DNA of 39,058 bases from a virus (Duplodnaviria > Heunggongvirae > Uroviricota > Caudoviricetes): the IMG/VR virus record IMGVR_UViG_3300012208_000002; one strand, given 5' to 3'. Every line of letters begins with the position of its first letter. Within the stretch, counting starts at the first letter, position 1. The notes under the pieces are model-generated. The model searched no databases. It worked only from the letters and a program-made list of their open reading frames with translations, and was not told the origin of the DNA. Both the position numbers and the translations under genes were made by a program. Positions 8,056 through 13,763 of this stretch are shown in pieces.

Positions 8056-8342
8056 TGATTTGTGGGTAGAATTGTTACATCTTCTGGCATGTCTTGAAGA
8101 CAGAATGGGCACCGTCGAGCAGGGAAATTAGGACCTGGTGACACCTTCTCAGGGTCGCCGCGTCTGCCTAATCCTGTCAAGATAAAGACACCATCGGATA
8201 TCAATAGACCTATTTGATAATCGACCTGTACCCGTGCCGAACTATCAAATAACCTAATGAGAGACCGTCGAGTTATCTCTAATTTAGGCTGTGACCGCAC
8301 AAGGCGGATAAGCCTTTCTCGTACATAATCGTTTGTTGGCAT
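8049..8342 (-). CDS. hypothetical protein, winged-helix-like N-terminus and C-terminal CPFC
   Basis: ORF track, GGAGG RBS; fold is a guess from pattern. Confidence 0.6.
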   Translation of the reverse strand: MPTNDYVRERLIRLVRSQPKLEITRRSLIRLFDSSARVQVDYQIGLLISDGVFILTGLGRRGDPEKVSPGPNFPARRCPFCLQDMPEDVTILPTNQY

Positions 8343-8357
8343 ACTACCTCCGATGTG

Positions 8358-8386
8358 ATTGTCTCAGATATCTTTATAATTGTCAA
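8358..8386 (-). promoter_or_regulatory. promoter TTGACA-N17-GACAAT
   Basis: exact -35, spacer ending TGA, upstream of the leftward arm. Confidence 0.65.
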
Positions 8387-9127
8387 GTGTTATTTAGTAA
8401 AATCTAGTGACACATTCCACGAGTTTTATTATCCGCATGAATAACTCTATTGTTTGCAATACGGTGTTTTGGTGACGGCATTTGTAAGTCCTTTAGTTTC
8501 TGTAAATGCTGTATATGACCTGAGAGGGAGTGAACGTCGAAAACAGGCAGATAACAGGTCTCAAAAGGTTATATATTGTTTACTATCGAATAGCGCCGAA
8601 CTACGTGTCACTAATATTTCCTCTTATTATTATTATTATAATTGCACCGATGTTATAGATAGAGAAGGAGTTAAATTATCTTTAATATCTTTTGGTCATG
8701 TTCTGTCTCTCTCACGGTGCCATCATTCTGGTGCCAGAATCTTTAAATTCATTGTAATGATACAGTTACAAGAGAGAATTCTGAGGTGTTCGCGTTTCTG
8801 AGGGGTAATTGCCATAATCGCCTGTGTTTATGCGGGTCTAAGGCACTTGGTGACGGCATTTTATGCTGTCATGGGCCTGCTAGGGACCTGTCAAGCTTGC
8901 GCGTGGCGACAACATTCTAGGCAATTGCCGTGGGGATACAGGGTACTTATGAGGAGACTCAGACAGGTCATCAGGCGAGGACAGCCATCTAGACCGCAAG
9001 AGTTAGCCTGTAATAGCGTTGCATCCGAAAGGGTCATCAGCGAGCCGTCGAGTACACTAAGCATAATTTTAAAATAAATTTCTCGAAAAATTTCGCGGAA
9101 AATGACAAAAACTCGGTAAAATACGCA

Positions 9128-9505
9128 TAAATTGTTGAAAACAAAGGATTTCGGGCGTTTCTCCTGCCAAAAGTGGAGATAATGTGGATAATGTCTTATT
9201 ATCCATGCGGCGAACAAGCCGTTTACTTGCAATAACATAGCAATCGTGCAACGAATCCGCAACGTATCTCGTAGACTCTGAAGGTGTTGAGAGACTAGAG
9301 TTAAGTTGTTTAGCTTGATAGAGTTAGCGCTCTGCTGATTCTGTTGAAGTTGTTCTGCTCTTCTCTGTAAGTCGTTGATTTTAAAAGGGATGGGCGGTGG
9401 GAGTGCCAAGTCGGGGTCGCCCCAGGCGGCTTCATCTGCCGTGTTCGGACACGAAGGCAGCAACTATACACGGTATACCTATACTGTTGATTCTAAAGGA
9501 CTTAC
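9128..9505. repeat. three dispersed copies of a GTTGAWWNNAAAGG-like motif
   Basis: TTGTTGAAAACAAAGGA (about 9132), TCGTTGATTTTAAAAGGGA (about 9372), CTGTTGATTCTAAAGGA (about 9484). Confidence 0.5.
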
Positions 9506-9563
9506 ACCAATAGCTGGTCTGAATCAGACTGATTCTCAGATTTAGCAAATTGAAAGGACTACA

Positions 9564-9998
9564 ATGTCGGAAGAAAATATAGTCAACCGGGTACAGCAAA
9601 CCAGTCACTTTGCTGCTGAAGGCGAGAAGCTATCCGCAATTGAAGTAGTGGATGTGTCGTCCACTGAGTTTCAGAACCACCCTGAGCCACGGTTAGCAAA
9701 CACGGTAGCGGATAACGGTAAGGTCATTCAAGTACCTAACAAGGCTTACGTCGCAGAGACGATGAAACGGCTAGGAGTACCGCAGACAGCGGAAGCATCT
9801 AGAGTAGGTCAAGTCGGTTCGATAGAAGAGCCAGACGACAACATTGGAAATTCGATGGTAGACGTGGAATCGTTGAGACGTGTATTGTCTCTTACTATCG
9901 GTGGCGAACAGCCAGAAAGTTTTACGCAGTTCAGGGTTAAGGTAATCTCAGCCTTTCGGCATATGGGATTGGATACGAGAAGGTTCTTTCAGGAGTAA
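9564..9998 (+). CDS. hypothetical protein
   Basis: ORF track, AAAGGA RBS. Confidence 0.75.
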   Translation: MSEENIVNRVQQTSHFAAEGEKLSAIEVVDVSSTEFQNHPEPRLANTVADNGKVIQVPNKAYVAETMKRLGVPQTAEASRVGQVGSIEEPDDNIGNSMVDVESLRRVLSLTIGGEQPESFTQFRVKVISAFRHMGLDTRRFFQE

Positions 9999-9999
9999 C

Positions 10000-10215
10000 A
10001 TGGCAAAGCACGATAAAGCGTACGACCAGGTGGCGGTGCCATCAATGGGCGGAAGCAACCCCGCAGGTAAGGATTCTGCGAATTGTGATGACGCTCTGGG
10101 CAACCCGAGCCGCTTCCAGAGAAACGCTACGACCGTAGCGACAGCAGACCCTGACTCAGAGTTGAAGGCAACCCGCGAAAAGCAGTTAGGCGAGAACGGG
10201 TATCAAGGAAACTAA
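10000..10215 (+). CDS. hypothetical hydrophilic protein
   Basis: ORF track, AGGAG RBS. Confidence 0.65.
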   Translation: MAKHDKAYDQVAVPSMGGSNPAGKDSANCDDALGNPSRFQRNATTVATADPDSELKATREKQLGENGYQGN

Positions 10216-10277
10216 GAAAGTTTAAAATAAGACTTGACAAACTTTCGAGTTTGTGAGACACTAGACAGGTCAAAAGT
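10213..10277 (+). promoter_or_regulatory. tRNA-array promoter copy 1 (TTGACA 10234-10239, GACACT 10257-10262)
   Basis: near-identical repeat at 10401-10463; spacer hairpin ACAAACT-TTCG-AGTTTGT. Confidence 0.75.
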
Positions 10278-10282
10278 TCAAT

Positions 10283-10357
10283 GGTGAGCGTCGTATAACG
10301 GTAGTACTTCCGGCTGTGAACCGGATAGCACGGGTTCGACACCCGTCGCCCACCCCA
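10283..10357 (+). tRNA. trnH: tRNA-His (GTG)
   Basis: cloverleaf, G-1/C73, CCA. Confidence 0.9.
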
Positions 10358-10400
10358 AGTTCTTTCTGGCAGTCAGGTCCTATCCCTAGATTGCCGGATG

Positions 10401-10463
10401 AAGAAAGTTTAAAATAGTGCTTGACAGAATTTCGATTCTGTGAGACACTAGACAAGTCAAAGT
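10401..10463 (+). promoter_or_regulatory. tRNA-array promoter copy 2 (TTGACA 10421-10426, GACACT 10444-10449)
   Basis: repeat of 10213-10277; spacer hairpin ACAGAAT-TTCG-ATTCTGT. Confidence 0.75.
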
Positions 10464-10487
10464 AAACTTTAATTCGAAAGGACTACT

Positions 10488-10634
10488 GTGGAATACAAAG
10501 TTACGTTAACTCAGAAAGTCAAAATCGAAGTAGAAGCAGAGACACCGCAGTCAGCGCTAGAACAGGCTAAGGCTCAAGCCACAGCCGATAACAGAATTTT
10601 TGAACCTGACACATTTTCAGTAAAAGAACAGTAA
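10488..10634 (+). CDS. 48-aa protein MEYKVTLTQKVKIEVEAETPQSALEQA... (DpnD/PcfM-like pattern)
   Basis: read manually; AAAGGA RBS, GTG start. Confidence 0.65.
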   Translation: MEYKVTLTQKVKIEVEAETPQSALEQAKAQATADNRIFEPDTFSVKEQ

Positions 10635-10642
10635 GAAGTTTA

Positions 10643-10716
10643 CCTGCTTTGATGTATCGGTCGCATCCTCGCCTGAAGAGCGAGTCGAGCTAGTTCGATT
10701 CTAGCAGGCAGGACCA
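10643..10716 (+). tRNA. trnF: tRNA-Phe (GAA)
   Basis: cloverleaf, loop CTGAAGA, CCA. Confidence 0.88.
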
Positions 10717-10722
10717 AGTTTT

Positions 10723-10810
10723 GCGTCTGTGGATGGAATTGGCAGACACGTCGCTCTCAAAAAGCGATGCCCTAAACGGCGTGGGAGTTCGAGTCTCCCC
10801 GGACGCACCA
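10723..10810 (+). tRNA. trnL: tRNA-Leu (CAA)
   Basis: cloverleaf with variable arm, CCA. Confidence 0.93.
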
Positions 10811-10817
10811 AGATTGA

Positions 10818-10914
10818 AATCGTGAGCACAGCGGAAGCGTCAACTTCTCGGGTGCTTGTTCATTTACAGCGTTGACGCGCTCATGTGAATAAGGGTTCGA
10901 TTCCCTCACGGATA
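10818..10914 (+). ncRNA. tRNA-like RNA with T-arm and oversized central stem-loop, no CCA
   Basis: AGGG-TTCGATT-CCCT; AATCGTG/CACGGAT; GCGTCAAC/GTTGACGC. Confidence 0.45.
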
Positions 10915-10922
10915 TTAGATTT

Positions 10923-11014
10923 AGTCTCATAGCACAACGGCAGTGCAGCGGCCTTATACACCGTAAGCTCCGGATTGGAGCGTGATGTAGGTTCGAATCC
11001 TACTGAGACTACCA
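10923..11014 (+). tRNA. tRNA with TAT anticodon (nominal Ile) and long variable arm
   Basis: 7/5 cloverleaf, loop CTTATAC, V-arm GCTCC/GGAGC, A73, CCA. Confidence 0.8.
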
Positions 11015-11019
11015 GTTTT

Positions 11020-11106
11020 GTGGCTGTGATGGAATAGGCAGACAGCAATCACTTAAAACGATTGGCTCGAAAGAGCGTAGGGGTTCAAGTCCCTTCAGCC
11101 ACACCA
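11020..11106 (+). tRNA. trnL: tRNA-Leu (TAA)
   Basis: cloverleaf with variable arm, CCA. Confidence 0.9.
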
Positions 11107-11112
11107 AGTTTC

Positions 11113-11187
11113 GCGCTTCAAGTGTTACGATAGCACAGCGGGCTCTTAACCCGTCGAGACTCAGTTTAATTCTGAGGAGGCGCACCA
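11113..11187 (+). tRNA. trnK: tRNA-Lys (CTT), non-canonical D/T loops
   Basis: cloverleaf, T-loop TTTAATT, CCA. Confidence 0.85.
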
Positions 11188-11192
11188 AGTTT

Positions 11193-11256
11193 CGGGTTCT
11201 CACTTCGTTGTTCGGGTGAGGTAATTGGCGAACGGATACGTAGCCGATTCCTGAGA
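11193..11256 (+). ncRNA. putative three-way-junction structured RNA
   Basis: CTCACTT/GGGTGAG and ATTGGC/GCCGAT hairpins closed by TCGGG/CCTGA. Confidence 0.35.
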
Positions 11257-11263
11257 AAGTTTT

Positions 11264-11339
11264 GGACTGCTACGTCAAAGGCAAGACTACGCGCCTTTTA
11301 AGCGCTGGAATCTCCGTTCGAGTCGGAGGCGGTCCACCA
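11264..11339 (+). tRNA. trnK: tRNA-Lys (TTT)
   Basis: cloverleaf, CCA. Confidence 0.9.
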
Positions 11340-11343
11340 AATT

Positions 11344-11434
11344 TCCCATCGGTGTGAGAACGCACCGTTCGCTTTCAAGGCAGAAGCGGCGTCATTCCGT
11401 TCGACTCGGATTCGCGGCGAAGTTCACGATGGGA
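11344..11434 (+). ncRNA. tRNA-like RNA with TCA in an anticodon-like loop and an extra hairpin, no CCA
   Basis: TCCCATCG/CGATGGGA, D-like GTGT/GCAC, loop TTTCAAG, TCCG-TTCGACT-CGGA. Confidence 0.5.
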
Positions 11435-11442
11435 TTAAGTTT

Positions 11443-11539
11443 CATGGGAATACAGTTCGGAATTACATCGAACAGTCGTCGGGAAGACTAGTCAGTACCG
11501 CCGAAAGGACGGGGCGAGAAACCCCGGGTTCCCAGACCA
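11443..11539 (+). ncRNA. cryptic cloverleaf RNA ending in ACCA with 8-nt anticodon-like loop
   Basis: TGGGAAT/GTTCCCA, GTTCG/CGAAC, AGTC-GTCGGGAA-GACT, CGGGG-CGAGAAA-CCCCG. Confidence 0.5.
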
Positions 11540-11541
11540 TT

Positions 11542-11679
11542 ATGTATATTGATTACGAAAGTTTTTCTGCTGAATCTCTCGCCGAGGATCGGGAAAAGAT
11601 GTGGCAAGATATTGTAGATGAACTTTATGAAAAGTTAAACGGAGAGGTTGGGGCAACAGGTCGCCCTACTCGGCTGTAA
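11542..11679 (+). CDS. 45-aa acidic micro-ORF ending inside tRNA-Tyr
   Basis: read manually; no clear RBS. Confidence 0.4.
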   Translation: MYIDYESFSAESLAEDREKMWQDIVDELYEKLNGEVGATGRPTRL

Positions 11680-11729
11680 CCCGAGAGTCCCTTGGGACGT
11701 TATAGGTTCGAATCCTATTCTCTCCACCA
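11641..11729 (+). tRNA. trnY: tRNA-Tyr (GTA)
   Basis: cloverleaf with variable arm, CCA. Confidence 0.92.
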
Positions 11730-11730
11730 T

Positions 11731-11804
11731 ATTCGACTCGTTCAACGGTAGGACCCGCGTCCGATTAACGCGGTATCAAGGTTCGAATCCTTGGTCGAAT
11801 ACCA
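11731..11804 (+). tRNA. trnI: tRNA-Ile (GAT), atypical anticodon loop CCGATTA
   Basis: cloverleaf, CCA; C33 and U37. Confidence 0.8.
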
Positions 11805-11807
11805 ATT

Positions 11808-11936
11808 ATGACGTACGAAGAAAAAGCAGAAGCATTGAATAAACATGCTGACTCGTGTCCGCAATGTAACCTATCACGGAAGTGTAGTGATACTCGCGGA
11901 TGCTGTGAAGAAGGTAAAAAGATTTTGGGCTGTTAG
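11808..11936 (+). CDS. 42-aa Cys-rich micro-ORF (CPQC...C...CC) ending inside tRNA-Ala
   Basis: read manually; no clear RBS. Confidence 0.45.
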   Translation: MTYEEKAEALNKHADSCPQCNLSRKCSDTRGCCEEGKKILGC

Positions 11937-12000
11937 TTAAGTGGGATAACGGTTGCCTTGCACGCATCAGTCGGGAGTTCGACTCTCCCACGGTCCACCA
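11927..12000 (+). tRNA. trnA: tRNA-Ala (TGC)
   Basis: cloverleaf, G3-U70, CCA. Confidence 0.92.
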
Positions 12001-12008
12001 ATTTCAAT

Positions 12009-12083
12009 ATGCTGCTGGCAGATCGGCAGATGCACTCGGTTTACACCCGAGACAGCGGGGTTCAACTCCTCGGCGGCATACCA
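12009..12083 (+). tRNA. trnV: tRNA-Val (TAC)
   Basis: cloverleaf, CCA. Confidence 0.9.
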
Positions 12084-12159
12084 GTTTAATGATCGTCTTG
12101 CTGTAGACCGGAAATAAGCAGCCTCCGTTTAGGGAGTAGCGCAAACTCCTCCATATTTT

Positions 12160-12235
12160 GGGCTTGTCATCTAACAGGACAAGGTTCAGGTCTACGAAAC
12201 CTGCAATTACGGTTCGAGTCCGTACAGGCCCACCA
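12160..12235 (+). tRNA. trnR: tRNA-Arg (ACG)
   Basis: cloverleaf, A20, CCA. Confidence 0.92.
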
Positions 12236-12240
12236 AGTTC

Positions 12241-12315
12241 GGACTGTTCGTTCAATGGATAGGACACCGCGCTTCGAACGCGGCTATAGGGGTTCGAATC
12301 CTCTACGGTCTACCA
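12241..12315 (+). tRNA. trnR: tRNA-Arg (TCG)
   Basis: cloverleaf, A20, CCA. Confidence 0.92.
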
Positions 12316-12345
12316 AGTTTATGTAGTGCGATGCGTTGGCCCTAA

Positions 12346-12465
12346 GTGCGGTTGACAGGGGCATCTGGCCCAGATTATTACGCCTGACGAAGCGAAAGCA
12401 GAAACTCGAAAGAGTCGCGTGGAGTCCTCCCATCTGGGAAATAAATGAGGACCTAAAGACCGCAC
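12346..12465 (+). ncRNA. type I hammerhead ribozyme core (12378-12422) inside a closed structured RNA
   Basis: CTGACGA, GAAA, GTC triplet, stems I and III paired; outer GTGCGGT/ACCGCAC. Confidence 0.65.
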
Positions 12466-12474
12466 AAATTTTAT

Positions 12475-12549
12475 TGGTGGTTCGTCTAATGGTAAGACGC
12501 TCGGCTGTTAACCGTGAAGATGAAGGTTCGAATCCTTTGCCACCAGCCA
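12475..12549 (+). tRNA. trnN: tRNA-Asn (GTT)
   Basis: cloverleaf, G73, CCA. Confidence 0.92.
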
Positions 12550-12554
12550 TTTAA

Positions 12555-12628
12555 GCCGAATTAGTATAGTGGTAGTACGTCGAGCTTGTACCTCGAAAGT
12601 GAGCGTCCGATTCGTTCATTCGGCTCCA
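12555..12628 (+). tRNA. trnT: tRNA-Thr (TGT)
   Basis: cloverleaf, T-loop TCCGATT, CCA. Confidence 0.9.
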
Positions 12629-12636
12629 GTCTCTCA

Positions 12637-12772
12637 GTTGTGCGGATAGTATCGTGCGATAGTTGGCCGAAGTGATGTGAGAGCATCCTCGGATACATCC
12701 CTCACGCTGGCTACCATCCAATGACGGTAGGCACCGTTGCTTTCGAGTAACGAGTAACGCCAGTCGCACAAC
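12637..12772 (+). ncRNA. putative multibranched structured RNA (136 nt)
   Basis: GTTGTGCG/CGCACAAC closing stem, GATGT/ACATC, CTGGC/GCCAG, CTACC/GGTAG, GTTGC/GTAAC. Confidence 0.5.
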
Positions 12773-12782
12773 AAAGATTTTT

Positions 12783-12856
12783 GCACTTATGATCTAATGG
12801 TATGATGCCGCTTTCGTAAAGCGGACGTGGTGGTCCGATTCCATCTAGGTGCTCCA
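12783..12856 (+). tRNA. trnT: tRNA-Thr (CGT)
   Basis: cloverleaf, T-loop TCCGATT, CCA. Confidence 0.9.
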
Positions 12857-12869
12857 GTTTAGGAGTAAG

Positions 12870-13031
12870 ATGATTGACAAGATTATTTTTGGATTACAAG
12901 CAGGAAGCTTCTCTTTGATGCTGGTCCTGTTAATCTTTTTCAAAGCGTCTTACGGTTTGATGATTTCGACTTTTGGTTTGCATGCTCTTGCTGATACATT
13001 GTTCGTACTACGCAGTAAAGGAGTACTATGA
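12870..13031 (+). CDS. small two-helix membrane protein (MIDKIIFGLQ...)
   Basis: AGGAG RBS before ATG 12870; hydrophobic. Confidence 0.65.
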   Translation: MIDKIIFGLQAGSFSLMLVLLIFFKASYGLMISTFGLHALADTLFVLRSKGVL

Positions 13032-13216
13032 ACCTATCAACGATTCTGAGTTCTGTAGACAAGTACATTAAGATCAAGTCCTGGCTTCAGTTTGTTGGTT
13101 ACATGTTAGCGTTCGGCGGATTGGTATTCATCGAACACCCGCTCGCAAAGATAGTAGCGTACGTCGGTTTAGGCGTCAGCATGGCAGGATTTTTGTACGA
13201 CATGATTTATCCTTAA
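13028..13216 (+). CDS. small two-helix membrane protein
   Basis: AGGAG RBS, ATGA overlap, hydrophobic. Confidence 0.7.
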   Translation: MNLSTILSSVDKYIKIKSWLQFVGYMLAFGGLVFIEHPLAKIVAYVGLGVSMAGFLYDMIYP

Positions 13217-13223
13217 GAGTTTC

Positions 13224-13284
13224 GCGGTCGCAGTGGCTATTCCGGCGCTGTGCTAAGTGGGAAGTCCGATGCCTTCTAACCGCC
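13224..13284 (+). ncRNA. short tRNA-like remnant or structured RNA ending in CCA
   Basis: GCGGT/ACCGC, GCAGTG/CGCTGT, GAAG-TCCGATGC-CTTC. Confidence 0.3.
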
Positions 13285-13291
13285 AGTATTC

Positions 13292-13365
13292 GCTTCGATG
13301 GTTCAATGGTAGAACGGGTCCTTGGTAAGGATCAGACTACAGTCCGATTCTGTATCGAAGCTCCA
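13292..13365 (+). tRNA. trnT: tRNA-Thr (GGT)
   Basis: cloverleaf, T-loop TCCGATT, CCA. Confidence 0.92.
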
Positions 13366-13387
13366 GTAACTTGTCCGAAAGGGCATA

Positions 13388-13463
13388 GGAAGTTTTAAAC
13401 AGTTAGACGCGCAAGCGGACCTTACAGTCGAAAGACGGGACGGACCCTTAGTAAGGAACTTCC
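13388..13463 (+). ncRNA. putative GNRA-rich multibranched RNA
   Basis: GGAAGTT/AACTTCC, CGC-GCAA-GCG, CCTTAC/GTAAGG, GTC-GAAA-GAC, GGG/CCC. Confidence 0.5.
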
Positions 13464-13477
13464 GAGCATTTAGTTTT

Positions 13478-13552
13478 GGTGCTAGGGTCAGTTGGTAACG
13501 ACGAGCCCCTGTCACGGGTTAAGTCCGGGTCCGATTCCCGGTAGCACCGCCA
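13478..13552 (+). tRNA. trnD: tRNA-Asp (GTC)
   Basis: cloverleaf, G73, T-loop TCCGATT, CCA. Confidence 0.92.
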
Positions 13553-13565
13553 GTTTAGGAGACTT

Positions 13566-13646
13566 ATGATTATAGGAATTCTCATAGGTGTCATAGCATT
13601 AGTTGTGTTCTTGTACATGATAAAAGGTATGGGATACAAAGAGTAA
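13566..13646 (+). CDS. 26-aa single-pass membrane peptide MIIGILIGVIALVVFLYMIKGMGYKE
   Basis: read manually; AGGAGA RBS. Confidence 0.6.
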   Translation: MIIGILIGVIALVVFLYMIKGMGYKE

Positions 13647-13650
13647 TTAC

Positions 13651-13724
13651 GGCCCTGTCGTCTAAAGGCAGGACATTTGCTTCTCAAGCAAGCGACGGCG
13701 GGTCAGTACCGCCCAGGGCCTCCA
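13651..13724 (+). tRNA. trnE: tRNA-Glu (CTC), atypical T-loop GTCAGTA
   Basis: cloverleaf, CCA. Confidence 0.85.
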
Positions 13725-13763
13725 ATTTAAATTTCATATCAATTGACCGGAGGGTCTAAGTAT

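Noticed and set aside
8891-9463. 190-aa minus-strand ORF, and ORFs 8454-8801, 8847-9077, 9069-9251
   Set aside because: No RBS, low-complexity or implausible composition, mutually overlapping; treated as non-coding.
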